Assembly (NCBI RefSeq): GCF_036323395.1
Contig: NZ_AP028907.1
Span: 1 to 32,000 of the forward strand
Length of the DNA: 32,000 bases
Direction of reading: 5' to 3'
From: Pyrodictium abyssi
Lineage (GTDB): Archaea > Thermoproteota > Thermoprotei_A > Sulfolobales > Pyrodictiaceae
How positions within the stretch are numbered: the stretch's first letter is position 1; the number at the start of each line of letters is the position of its first letter. Positions 9,153-17,876 of this stretch are shown piece after piece. The notes beneath the pieces are model-generated. The model had not been told where the DNA came from. It was given only the letters and a program-made list of their open reading frames with translations, and made no database searches. The translations under genes were made by a program, and so were the position numbers.

Positions 9153-9839
9153 TTGAGCATCCTCGACGCCTATATCGTCGACACGAGCCTAGTTATCCAG
9201 GACTTCCTCAAGGCTCTCCCGCTGGTCGCGTGGGTGCTCTTCGTCGTCCACGGCCTCGCCAAGTGGAGCTACCTGTGGGCCCGCAGCCGCTGGGGCGAAG
9301 GCGTAGGAGTCTACTTCGCCCGCAAGGTAATACACATGGCCGCCGGCGGGCTCGTCGCGCTCCTCGTCCCGTTCCTCTTCAGGGAGCCCTGGGTCCCACT
9401 GATCCTCGGCCTCGTCCTCGCAGTATACGTCTACATTCCCCACCGGACCGGCAGGCTCATGAAGTGGTTCCAAGACCCCGGCAACATAAGCGAGGTCTAC
9501 TACTGCGTGAGCTGGGGCCTCGCCGCGTTCCTAGCATGGCCCTTCGACGTGAGGATAGCAGTATTCCCGCTCTTCCTCATGAGCTTCGGCGACGGCGTGA
9601 CCGGGATAATAAGGGGGATAAGGCAGCGCCGCCGCGTCAAGAGTTGGGACGGCACCCTAGGCTTCCTCGCGGTCAGCCTACCCGTCGGCGTAGCAGTGTT
9701 CGGGCTAGCCGGCGGCATAGCGGCACTAGCAGCCGCGCTAGCCGAGAAGAGCGGCCTAGTCGACGACAACATCAGCGTGCCCGCAGTCAGCCTCGCTATA
9801 CTCCTGGCCGCGCACCAGGCTGGCGCGCTACCAGCCTAG
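9153..9839 (+). CDS. CTP-dependent polyprenol kinase / phosphatidate cytidylyltransferase-like integral membrane protein
   Basis: In-frame TTG start at 9153 preferred over the listed 8637 start; multiple TM segments, 'ARKVIHMAAGGLVALLVPFLF', 'SFGDGVTGIIRG', 'KSWDGTLGFLAVSLPVG' match the SEC59/DGK1-like family. Confidence 0.8.
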   Translation: MSILDAYIVDTSLVIQDFLKALPLVAWVLFVVHGLAKWSYLWARSRWGEGVGVYFARKVIHMAAGGLVALLVPFLFREPWVPLILGLVLAVYVYIPHRTGRLMKWFQDPGNISEVYYCVSWGLAAFLAWPFDVRIAVFPLFLMSFGDGVTGIIRGIRQRRRVKSWDGTLGFLAVSLPVGVAVFGLAGGIAALAAALAEKSGLVDDNISVPAVSLAILLAAHQAGALPA

Positions 9840-9881
9840 CCACGCCGCGAAGGAGAAGGGGAAGCCCGGCAGCTAGATGCC

Positions 9882-9906
9882 CATAAATACCCTGTTTTTA
9901 GGGTGT
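9882..9906 (+). promoter_or_regulatory. putative TATA (cataaata) plus small inverted repeat ACCCT-gttttt-AGGGT
   Basis: cataaataccctgtttttagggtg, 20-45 nt upstream of the preferred GTG start at 9927. Confidence 0.4.
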
Positions 9907-9926
9907 TACTACACGGGGGCTCTCCT

Positions 9927-10472
9927 GTGCCGAGCGCTGGCGGCAGCTGCATCGGCCTAGAGACCGAGGCGATGATAGCCGGCCGCCTAGTGAGGCTGCC
10001 AAAGCACAGCCCCGTCATAGAGTTCTACGGCGCCGTCGAGGAGGCCGAGGCACTGATAGCCCGGGCGCGCCTCCAGCTAGAGCCCCGCGACCCCGCCATG
10101 GCCGAGAGGCTCTACCGGCTACAGCGCGCCGTCCGCCTCCTACCCGGCGTCCTCGCCGGCATGGTAGACCCCAGGGAGCCTCAGCGCCTCATAGAGGAGG
10201 CTGGCGAGGGCCTAGAGAAGCCCGGAGGCTGGAGCCTAACCGGCTGCACCCCTGAGGACCCCGACATAGTGCTCGCCATGACCCGGCTACGGGCCGGCGA
10301 CCGCCACATAGCCCGGGCCCACGACGAGGGCCACGTGCCCCGCGAGCTAGCCCAGCTCCTCTCCCTGCTCCTCGAGGCCGCGAGCTACACGCTCTACACG
10401 ATACACTGGAGCCTCTGCTCCCGGGCCCCGTCGAGCCAGAAGCTGGTAGCCAGAAGCATAGCCGAGCTATAG
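9927..10472 (+). CDS. PduO-type cobalamin adenosyltransferase-like protein (divergent)
   Basis: 'GRLVRLPKHSPVIEFYGAVEEAEALIARARL' aligns by eye to the PduO 'R.V.K.....E.YG.VDEL' region, followed by an all-helical bundle; canonical nucleotide/catalytic motifs are not evident. Start chosen for spacing to GGGGGC. Confidence 0.5.
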   Translation: MPSAGGSCIGLETEAMIAGRLVRLPKHSPVIEFYGAVEEAEALIARARLQLEPRDPAMAERLYRLQRAVRLLPGVLAGMVDPREPQRLIEEAGEGLEKPGGWSLTGCTPEDPDIVLAMTRLRAGDRHIARAHDEGHVPRELAQLLSLLLEAASYTLYTIHWSLCSRAPSSQKLVARSIAEL

Positions 10473-10511
10473 CACCCCCTAATGGGGAAATAGGAGCCGG
10501 GGACAAGGGGT

Positions 10512-11768
10512 CTACCTGGCACCCCGGATGCTCCTCGGCCGGGGGCCTAGCCCCGAGCCCTCCGGCGGGTACACCATGAAGCCAGCTGGCTCCGGTCTGT
10601 AGGCTGGCGGGTTCTCGACCGGGTCCTCCTCCAGGAACAGTGGGGCGTCGAGGTCCACGTACCTGGTAGCCGGGCTGGTCAGCGCCGGGTGCACCGCCTG
10701 GGATATCCCTAGGCCGGTCTCGACCATGCAGCCCCACATCGCCTCGAGCCCGTGAGCCTCCAGCATTGCTGCTGCGCGGGCTGCCTGGAGCGGGCCCCCT
10801 ATCTTGGCTATCTTTATGTTGACCACGTCCACGGCGCCGAGCGCAGCCGCCCTGGCTATTTCCTCGGGGCTCCTGGTGGACTCGTCGGAGGCTACCGGTG
10901 TCTCGACGGCGTTCCTCACTGCTGCTAGGTCCTCGAGCCGGGGCGCGGGGACAGGCTGCTCGACCAGCTCTAGGGCTGTGCCTAGGCTCCGCTCAAGCCT
11001 GCGTATGACCCGTATCGCCTGCTTCCGCGTCCACGCCTGGTTAGCGTCTATCCTTATCCTCACCTTGCCCCGGGAGGCCTCGTACACCGTCTCGGCGAGG
11101 AGCACGTCGTCCTCGGTGCTGCCTGTGCCGAGCTTCACCTTGAGGACGCGGAAGCCCTGGACGGCGGGCAGAGGGAAGCCTGGCTCCTCGGGCGCCCTGG
11201 AGCGTAGCCCTACGAGGTACTCCACGGCCTCTATGAAGGCGTCTCGGCGGCTACCCTGGCCCCTCCTTATCTCCTCGATGGTATCGGGGCCGGGTATCGA
11301 GACGGTATAGTCTGTCTCGAGGCCCCGGTGGACCCTGCCGCCGAGCAGCGTGTAGACCGGCGTGCCTAGGACACGGGCCGTGGCGTCTAGCAGCGCTGAC
11401 TCCAGGGCTGCGCGGGCCGAGCTAAAGCCCGGCGCGCCAGCGTGGACGCGGCGTAATGCCTCGCCGAGGCCGTCGGGGAGCTCTAGCCCCGTCAGCTTCT
11501 CGGCGACTGCCTCGATGTAGGCCTCTACGGATGCTGTGTTCTCGTGTGTCACCCGTGGCGCTGGCGCTGCCTCGCCCCAGCCACGGGTGCCGTCGCTCAA
11601 CACGACCTCGGCCACGACGCTCTCCACGGTGGCCGCGGCAGCGTAGGCTATGCGGAAGACGCCGCGTAGCCTCGCCTGGAGCCGGTGCACGGTGATACGC
11701 TCTATCCGTGGCAGGGCCCTGCACCGGTGCCGAGGGCTCGGCGTCGCTGGGTTCAAAAACGCTGGCAC
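10512..11768 (-). CDS. enolase-superfamily dipeptide epimerase / muconate-lactonizing-like enzyme
   Basis: 418 aa; 'VLKVKLGTG', 'VRIRIDANQAW', 'LELVEQPVPAPRLEDL', 'VASDESTRSPEE', 'VVNIKIAKIGG' match the dipeptide epimerase subgroup. N-terminus may be shorter. Confidence 0.88.
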   Translation of the reverse strand: MPAFLNPATPSPRHRCRALPRIERITVHRLQARLRGVFRIAYAAAATVESVVAEVVLSDGTRGWGEAAPAPRVTHENTASVEAYIEAVAEKLTGLELPDGLGEALRRVHAGAPGFSSARAALESALLDATARVLGTPVYTLLGGRVHRGLETDYTVSIPGPDTIEEIRRGQGSRRDAFIEAVEYLVGLRSRAPEEPGFPLPAVQGFRVLKVKLGTGSTEDDVLLAETVYEASRGKVRIRIDANQAWTRKQAIRVIRRLERSLGTALELVEQPVPAPRLEDLAAVRNAVETPVASDESTRSPEEIARAAALGAVDVVNIKIAKIGGPLQAARAAAMLEAHGLEAMWGCMVETGLGISQAVHPALTSPATRYVDLDAPLFLEEDPVENPPAYRPEPAGFMVYPPEGSGLGPRPRSIRGAR

Positions 11769-11837
11769 CGCTAGTCCCTCGGACCGTCCAGGAGGCCCTG
11801 CCGGCTACCCACGCTCTGACGCCTCCTGGGAGCGGGC

Positions 11838-12926
11838 GTGGTAGCTATGCCTATGGTGTACCACGAGGGCAGGCGGAAGGCGGCCATATATGCTCCCGGC
11901 GCCTATGGCAGGGAGGAGGGCAAGACCGGCCACGACCTCGTGATATTCGACGGCGGCCTGCTATGGGACCTCGTGGCCGTGGTGGACCCGTTTAACGCTG
12001 GCCGCGACGCTGGCGAGGTCCTCGGCCTCGGCAGGAAGAACATACCGATAGTCCGGGGGCTCCGCGAGGCCCTCGACGCGGGCGCCGAGGCACTGATACT
12101 CGGCGCAGCGCCGGTCGGCGGCAGGCTCCCGGAGGAGTGGAAACGCGACATCCGCGACGCCCTCGAGGCCGGAGTAGACGTCTACAGCGGGCTCCACACC
12201 TTCCTCTCCGACGACCCCGAGCTGCGCGCCGCGGCCGAGAAGAGCGGCGCTAGGATAGTCGACGTCCGCAAGCCGGACCCGCGCTACTTCCACGTCTGGG
12301 ATGGCCGTGTGTTAGGCACGGGGATGAAGCGCGTACTGATAGCTGGGACCGACTGCGAGGCTGGGAAGAACATAGCGACCTACACCATCTACCGCGAGCT
12401 CGTGCGCCGCGGCGCCCGCGCCTGCATGATAGGCACTGGGCAGACTATGCTCCTCCTGGGCGCCCGTGGCCTCGTCATGGATGCTGTGCCGAGCGACTTC
12501 GTAGCCGGCGCGCTCGAGCAGGTGCTAGTCGAGGCGTACGAGCAGGGCTGCGAGGTAGCCGTGGTAGAGGGCCAGGCAGCGGTGACCCACGAGGCCTACG
12601 GCCACGTATCGCTGGGTATACTGCGCGGCGCCTCTCCAACCCACATAGTGATAGCACACGTGCCAGGCCGCCGCTGGCGGGCAGCCTTCGGCCACGCGTG
12701 GAAGCCTCTACGCAACCCAGAGCCCGGCGAAGAGCTAGCCTACCTGACCGCCCTAAACCCGTACCCGAACCCGGTGCTAGCGGGGATAACGCTGAACACT
12801 AGCATGTACGGCCCCGAGGAGGCTAAGAGAATCGAGGAGGAGTACACCCGGACATACATGGTGCCAGCCGTAGACCCGCTAAGGACCGGGGTCGAGGCGA
12901 TAGCAGAGAAAATACTCTCCAGCTAA
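11838..12926 (+). CDS. DUF1611 family protein (D-glutamate N-acetyltransferase DgcN-like)
   Basis: 362 aa; 'RVLIAGTDCEAGKNIATYTIYRELVRRG' P-loop-like segment, 'VVEGQAAVTHEAYGHVSLGILRGASPTHIVIAHVPGR' are DUF1611 signatures; adjacent to a dipeptide epimerase gene. Confidence 0.85.
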   Translation: MVAMPMVYHEGRRKAAIYAPGAYGREEGKTGHDLVIFDGGLLWDLVAVVDPFNAGRDAGEVLGLGRKNIPIVRGLREALDAGAEALILGAAPVGGRLPEEWKRDIRDALEAGVDVYSGLHTFLSDDPELRAAAEKSGARIVDVRKPDPRYFHVWDGRVLGTGMKRVLIAGTDCEAGKNIATYTIYRELVRRGARACMIGTGQTMLLLGARGLVMDAVPSDFVAGALEQVLVEAYEQGCEVAVVEGQAAVTHEAYGHVSLGILRGASPTHIVIAHVPGRRWRAAFGHAWKPLRNPEPGEELAYLTALNPYPNPVLAGITLNTSMYGPEEAKRIEEEYTRTYMVPAVDPLRTGVEAIAEKILSS

Positions 12927-12968
12927 GCTCCTAACCCCTACTATATTATCACTCTATGCTGCACTGAT

Positions 12969-13355
12969 CTAACACTCCGGCCTAGCAGTCTCCTCTACGA
13001 TTGACAGCGCCTCCTCTATGCTAGTGCCCGGCTTTACCAGGACCACCCGCAGCCCGTGACTCTCCATGAACTCCCTACCGCCAGGCCCCATCGCGGTAGC
13101 CACTATGTATGTACAGCCCTTGTTCAGCTCTAGGATGTGCATCCGTTTCTCCACATGCCGGTGACCGCCGTGCCCGTGATAGCCATGGTGGCCATGACTG
13201 TGCCCGTGGCCCGCGTAGGGGTTCTCGACCCTGTGGACTAGCCTCCAGCCGTCCTCGCCACGGACGTAGTGGAGGAAGAACCTCGCGTCCCCGAAGTGGC
13301 CGACCTTCACGCGCTCGCCATCATCGGTTGCTATGGCTACGCAGACACGCTCCAT
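12969..13355 (-). CDS. NifX/NifB C-terminal-like (dinitrogenase iron-molybdenum cofactor biosynthesis fold) protein with His-rich insertion
   Basis: 128 aa; 'VCVAIATDDGERVKVGHFGDARFFLHY', 'YIVATAMGPGGREFMESHGLRVVLV'; insertion 'GHGHSHGHHGYHGHGGHRH'. Confidence 0.85.
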   Translation of the reverse strand: MERVCVAIATDDGERVKVGHFGDARFFLHYVRGEDGWRLVHRVENPYAGHGHSHGHHGYHGHGGHRHVEKRMHILELNKGCTYIVATAMGPGGREFMESHGLRVVLVKPGTSIEEALSIVEETARPEC

Positions 13356-13467
13356 ACCGGTCAGCCCAGTCTAGCGGAGGCTCCAGCGGAGATTCTTAGA
13401 CGCAGCCAAACGTGGTACACTCAGCCGCCATAGCCGGGGCTAGCGCCGCTAGGACCCTCCGAGGCCG

Positions 13468-14493
13468 TTATGTAGGCTCGATGGGCTGGCACTGCTGGCC
13501 GAGCAGCTCCTCGAGGTTTCGGTACATCATGGCCTCTACGGCTCTCCTGCCTAGGCCTCTGTGAATGGCTGCCGCGGCTAGCCGGGCCGCGCTACGGGCT
13601 GGCGTGTCCTCCTCTACTACGGGGTAGTCGCTACCGTGGAGGATCTTGTCTGGAGGCAGGCTTGCCAGCACTATTTCTAGGACCTCGAGCGGCACCGCGC
13701 TCGTGTCGAGGTAGACGTTGGGGTAGCGGCGGGCGAGCGCGACAGCCTCTTGGGTGTAGACGCCCGGGGCTGCTGCGCTGTAGCCGCCGCAGTGCGCTAT
13801 TATCACCGGCACGTCGCGGTACCTGGCTATGAATGGCTCCAGCCGGGCTGGGTTACCGAGGGCGCAGAATGGGGGGAGCTCCCAGAGCCCTGGGTCGCAG
13901 CCAGCGTGGGCCAGTATGGGCGCTGCTGCCTCGTTGGCCGCCTCGAACACCGCCTCGACCTCCTCGGAGTCAGGCCACACCATGTGCAGAGTTGTTATCA
14001 GCTTGAGGCCCTGGTAGCCGTCCCGTAGCCGGCCATGGGCCCGGGCATGGGTTTCCTCGGGGCCAGCGCTTGGCTCAGGGTCGGCATAGACCAGCAGGCG
14101 GGCCCCGCTGGTGGCCCTGGCCTCGCGGGGGTCTATGGGGCCGAACCTGGAGAGGAACACGAGGGTCTCCGCAAGGAGCCTGCTAGGGGACTCGTAGTGC
14201 TCTAGCAACCAGGGGGCTAGCTTCTCGAGCACTGGGCGGGACATGCTCCAGGCCCGTGGGAGGACGCCTTGGCTCTTCCTTGTCACCAGGTCTACGGGTG
14301 GGCGTATCTCCATGACTTGTGCCAGGGAGACCCTGTAGCCTGCTAGCTCGAGTGCGAGCTCCCACGGGCTACGCCCGTCTATCAAGTGGACGTGAGCATC
14401 CGCTATGCATGGCAGCTCCTCTAGCAGTTCTAGCGCCTTCTCTAGGAGTGTCAGGGCCCGTGGCACCCCAAAGGCTCCAGCTGAGGATTCCAC
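13468..14493 (-). CDS. amidohydrolase (PF04909-like) metal-dependent hydrolase
   Basis: 341 aa; 'IADAHVHLIDG', 'GLKLITTLH', 'PVIIAHCGGY', 'NVYLDTSAVP', 'KILHGSDYPV'. Confidence 0.85.
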   Translation of the reverse strand: MESSAGAFGVPRALTLLEKALELLEELPCIADAHVHLIDGRSPWELALELAGYRVSLAQVMEIRPPVDLVTRKSQGVLPRAWSMSRPVLEKLAPWLLEHYESPSRLLAETLVFLSRFGPIDPREARATSGARLLVYADPEPSAGPEETHARAHGRLRDGYQGLKLITTLHMVWPDSEEVEAVFEAANEAAAPILAHAGCDPGLWELPPFCALGNPARLEPFIARYRDVPVIIAHCGGYSAAAPGVYTQEAVALARRYPNVYLDTSAVPLEVLEIVLASLPPDKILHGSDYPVVEEDTPARSAARLAAAAIHRGLGRRAVEAMMYRNLEELLGQQCQPIEPT

Positions 14494-14523
14494 ACGCCAG
14501 AGTTTTGGACACTAGACGATATG

Positions 14524-14533
14524 ATTTAAAGAT
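14524..14533 (-). promoter_or_regulatory. putative TATA box (TTTAAATC on the minus strand) for amidohydrolase
   Basis: gatttaaag on +, about 30 nt upstream of 14493. Confidence 0.45.
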
Positions 14534-14597
14534 GGCCTTCGGCTACTGTCGTAGGAGGAGAGGGGATGGAAAGAAGGTGTCCAGCAACCCCCGCGGG

Positions 14598-15551
14598 CTA
14601 CTCGACGACGGGGCCTATGGCCTGCTCTCCTACCCAGCGGTTGATCTCCTCGACGTGCTGGTCTACCATACGCTGTATCTGCTCTATCTCCTCTTCTGTC
14701 AGGTGGCGGAACCTGCCCTGTATCTTCAGGTAGTGTCGCACATGCTTCCTCTTGGGCACCTTCACTGTTACCCTGGGCTTACCATTCACTATCTCCAGCT
14801 GGACCCACATACCGGTCTGCACTGCTAGCCGGGAGACCTCTATGGTGTGCTCGTTCTTGATCCTCCAGCCGGGGGTGCAGGGCGAGAACACGTGTACCAG
14901 GCTCGGCCCGCGGGTCTCTAGGGCCCGGCGGAACTTCTCTATCATATCGGTCGGGTAGGCGGGGTTAGCAGTGGCTATGTAGGGTATGCGGTGGGCGAGC
15001 GCTATCCCTATTATGTCCTTCTTGGGCCTCATCTCGCCCCTCATACGCTTGCCTATGGGCGTGGTCGTGGTCCAGGCTCCCAGCGGGGTAGCGCCGCTCC
15101 TCTGGATACCAGTGTTCATGTAGGCCTCATTGTCGTAGACCACGTACATCACGTCGTGGCCGCGCTCTAGCATGCCGCTGAGGCTCTGGAGACCTATGTC
15201 GAAGGTACCGCCGTCACCAGCTATGGCTATTACCTTTATCCGGCGGTTGGAGTCTACCACGCCCTTCCTCTGGAGCGCCTTGAGCGCCGCCTCTATGCCG
15301 CTAGCCACGGCGCCAGCGTTCTCGAAGGCTAGGTGTATCCAGGGGTTCTTCCACGATGTCCTCGGGAATAGCGTGGTTGTTACCTCTACACAGCCCGTAG
15401 CCATGGCTACTATAGCGTCCTTGCCCGCGACCTTCATCAAGTGCCTCATTACTAGTGCTGCTCCGCAGCCCTGGCACATGCTGTGGCCGGGGGCGAACTG
15501 CTCCTCGCGCGGTATGTCCCATACTGTGCGGACGGGCTTTGAGAGCGCCAT
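14598..15551 (-). CDS. porB: pyruvate/2-oxoacid:ferredoxin oxidoreductase beta subunit
   Basis: 'FAPGHSMCQGCGAALVMRHLMKVAG', 'AIAGDGGTFDIGLQSLSGMLERGHDVMYVVYDNEAYMNTGIQRSGATP' (TPP site). ATG at 15551 preferred to the longer listed ORF. Confidence 0.95.
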   Translation of the reverse strand: MALSKPVRTVWDIPREEQFAPGHSMCQGCGAALVMRHLMKVAGKDAIVAMATGCVEVTTTLFPRTSWKNPWIHLAFENAGAVASGIEAALKALQRKGVVDSNRRIKVIAIAGDGGTFDIGLQSLSGMLERGHDVMYVVYDNEAYMNTGIQRSGATPLGAWTTTTPIGKRMRGEMRPKKDIIGIALAHRIPYIATANPAYPTDMIEKFRRALETRGPSLVHVFSPCTPGWRIKNEHTIEVSRLAVQTGMWVQLEIVNGKPRVTVKVPKRKHVRHYLKIQGRFRHLTEEEIEQIQRMVDQHVEEINRWVGEQAIGPVVE

Positions 15552-15627
15552 AGGGGCCCACCCCTGGGGCGTATAGGCGTATACACCTCTACATGGGAGC
15601 GCGTGGGGGTGCGAAAACACGTGATGC

Positions 15628-16875
15628 CTAGTTGAGCTTGGTGCGGCTCTTTACTCCGTAGAAGAGCGTGCGTGTCTCACTCCGGCCGCTCCGCGCTAGC
15701 TCCTGTAGCTTCTTGAACATCTCCACGACCTCCTTGACGAAGATGTCCCGGCCGCCTAGCCCGTGTATGAAGCTAGCCATCGGCTTGACCATGCCCCTTA
15801 CCGCTAGCGTGGACGCGATGTCGAGGAATAGTGGGCCCTCTAGCGGCCCGCCGAAGGCCACGGCGCGGTCGAGCACGCCCACCGCTGCTACGTTCTCGAG
15901 GGCCTTGGCTATCTGCTCGGCGGGGAACGGCCTGTACACTCTTATCTTGACCATGCCGGCTTTTACGCCTTCCTCGCGTAGCCTGTTCACAGCCGCCTTG
16001 ACGAGGCTAGCAGTGGCGCCCAGGCTTACTATCGCTACCTCAGCGTCGTCCATCATGTACTCCTCTATGAAGCCGTAGCGGCGGCCGAACCGCTTCTCGA
16101 ACTCCCGTGCAGCCTCCTCTATGACGCGGGGCGCCTCCCTCATAGCCATTATCTGCTGTATCTTTATCTCGTAGTACCAGTTCGGCGCGCCGACCGGGCC
16201 GAAGGTCATGGGCTTGTCCGGGTCGAGTACTGGGCGGTAGCCCCGCGGCCTCTTCACAGCGTAGCTCAGCACCTCGTCGCGCGGTATAAGCTCGAGCGGC
16301 TCCACCGTGTGGCTCAGAATGTAGCCGTCTAGCGTAACCACGGTGGGCAGTAGCACGTCGGGGTGCTCCGCTATGTAGTACGCTTGGATGAGGTTGTCGT
16401 AGACCTCCTGGACGTTCTCGCTGAATATGATTATCCAGCCGGTGTCGCGCATACTCATAGCATCGCTATAGTCGTTCCAGATGTTTATGGGCGCGCTTAG
16501 GGCGCGGGTAGCCAGCGCCATGACCACGGGCTGGCGGAGGCCGCTAGCTATGTAGAGCATCTCGTGCATCAGCTCGAGGCCCTGGCTGCTGGTAGCCGTG
16601 AACACGCGGGCGCCGGTAGCGGCAGCGGCTATCACCGCGCTCATAGCGCTGTGCTCGCTCTCTACGTGTATGACCTCGGCGTCTAGCTCGCCGTTAGCCA
16701 CAAGCTCTGCTATCTTCTCGGCTATCTGGACTTGCGGCGTAATCGGGTATATGGCGGCCACGTCTACGTCCACATCGCGTGCCGCAAGCGCGGCAGCATG
16801 GTTACCCTTAGCAGCTATCCTGCGGGACTGCCGGGCCTTGGCCTCCTGCTTTTCCTTGAGCTCCACGGCTGCCAC
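15628..16875 (-). CDS. porA: pyruvate/2-oxoacid:ferredoxin oxidoreductase alpha subunit
   Basis: 'AAIYPITPQVQIAEKIAELVANGELDAEVIHVESEHSAMSAVIAAAATGARVFTATSSQGLELMHEML'. GTG start at 16875 preceded by GAGGTGA and clear of the porD stop. Confidence 0.94.
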   Translation of the reverse strand: MAAVELKEKQEAKARQSRRIAAKGNHAAALAARDVDVDVAAIYPITPQVQIAEKIAELVANGELDAEVIHVESEHSAMSAVIAAAATGARVFTATSSQGLELMHEMLYIASGLRQPVVMALATRALSAPINIWNDYSDAMSMRDTGWIIIFSENVQEVYDNLIQAYYIAEHPDVLLPTVVTLDGYILSHTVEPLELIPRDEVLSYAVKRPRGYRPVLDPDKPMTFGPVGAPNWYYEIKIQQIMAMREAPRVIEEAAREFEKRFGRRYGFIEEYMMDDAEVAIVSLGATASLVKAAVNRLREEGVKAGMVKIRVYRPFPAEQIAKALENVAAVGVLDRAVAFGGPLEGPLFLDIASTLAVRGMVKPMASFIHGLGGRDIFVKEVVEMFKKLQELARSGRSETRTLFYGVKSRTKLN

Positions 16876-16880
16876 GGGGC

Positions 16881-17222
16881 TCACCTCTCCTCCGGGACCA
16901 TGTCTATGGCTTTTACGGGGCACTCGTAGGCGCAGATACCGCAGCCCTTACAGTGGACGTAGTCCACCTTGAAGGTGATCTTGAACTTGCGGCCCTTGCT
17001 GTTCGTGTACTCCTCGTCCACCTCGAGTATGGCGCCGTCCGGGCAGTAGACCCAGCAGAGCCTGCAGCGGATGCACTTGTCCTGGTTTATGACGGGCTTG
17101 AATGTCCTCCAGGCGCTTGTGTCGACCTCCTCGGTGTTGCCGGGCCATGGGACTACGCCGGCTAGTGGTAGGTCCTCCCATGTCTCGGGGTACTTTTTGC
17201 CGAGGAAGCGTTCGAAGCTCAC
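16881..17222 (-). CDS. porD: pyruvate/2-oxoacid:ferredoxin oxidoreductase delta subunit (2x[4Fe-4S] ferredoxin)
   Basis: 'CIRCRLCWVYCPDGAI' and 'CKGCGICAYECPVKAIDMV'. Confidence 0.95.
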   Translation of the reverse strand: MSFERFLGKKYPETWEDLPLAGVVPWPGNTEEVDTSAWRTFKPVINQDKCIRCRLCWVYCPDGAILEVDEEYTNSKGRKFKITFKVDYVHCKGCGICAYECPVKAIDMVPEER

Positions 17223-17797
17223 AGGCAGATCACCTCCGTGGAGGAGTAGGCCTCCTCTACGGCGCGTAGGTTGGCCTCCGCTATGCGGGGCCGGTCGCTA
17301 AAACGCTCCTCTATGCTACGCTCGAGCGACTCGAGCCCGACGACCTTCGAGGCGCGGACGAGGCCTCCGAGCATAGACGTGTTGACTATCGGGGCGCCTA
17401 GGTGCTTGAGCGCGATACCAGTGGCGTCCACCACGGCTATGCAGCGGGGTGGTTCGAGCCCGCGGCCCCGGATGAACTCGGCGACCTCCTCCGGCTTCTT
17501 CTTCGTGTTTATCACGATTAGCCCGTCGCGGCGGAGCCCCTTCATGTATATGCTCGGGTCGAGGCTGGAGTCGAGGACCACTACTATGTCGGGCTCGAGT
17601 ATGGGCTCGCGCTCGAGTATCGCCTTGTCGTCGATACGCGTGAAGGCGAGCACCGGGGCGCCGCGGCGCTCGGCGCCGTACTCGGGGAACGCCATAGCGT
17701 ACTTGCCCTCGCTGATAGCGGCGGATGCGAGGACCTCAGCTGCCGTAACCGCGCCCTGGCCTCCACGGCCATGGAACCTGATCTCTACACGTGGCAT
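17219..17797 (-). CDS. porG: pyruvate/2-oxoacid:ferredoxin oxidoreductase gamma subunit
   Basis: 'VEIRFHGRGGQGAVTAAEVLASAAISEGKYAMAFPEYGAERRGAPVLAFTRI'; ATG 17797 with GGTGGG upstream (listed start is GTG 17809). Confidence 0.95.
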   Translation of the reverse strand: MPRVEIRFHGRGGQGAVTAAEVLASAAISEGKYAMAFPEYGAERRGAPVLAFTRIDDKAILEREPILEPDIVVVLDSSLDPSIYMKGLRRDGLIVINTKKKPEEVAEFIRGRGLEPPRCIAVVDATGIALKHLGAPIVNTSMLGGLVRASKVVGLESLERSIEERFSDRPRIAEANLRAVEEAYSSTEVICL

Positions 17798-17836
17798 CCC
17801 ATATCCCACCCTCTACCCGTAGCGCTCCACACACGC

Positions 17837-17876
17837 GTGCCCGGGGGAGGAGGCGGCTACGCGCCTCCCGGGGCAC
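17837..17876 (-). other. GC-rich hairpin upstream of porG (possible 5' leader structure)
   Basis: gtgcccgggggaggaggcggctacgcgcctcccggggcac: GTGCCC/GGGCAC outer and GGGAGG/CCTCCC inner pairing. Confidence 0.45.

Noticed and set aside
13109-13399. + strand 96-aa ORF opposite the NifX-like gene
   Set aside because: Antisense reading of the His-rich coding region; no independent support.
14319-14828. 169-aa + strand ORF over porB end and amidohydrolase
   Set aside because: Spans two well-supported minus-strand genes and shows no family signature.
17219-17222. Short overlap of porG stop with porD start
   Set aside because: Ordinary 4-nt translational coupling of operon genes; nothing novel.
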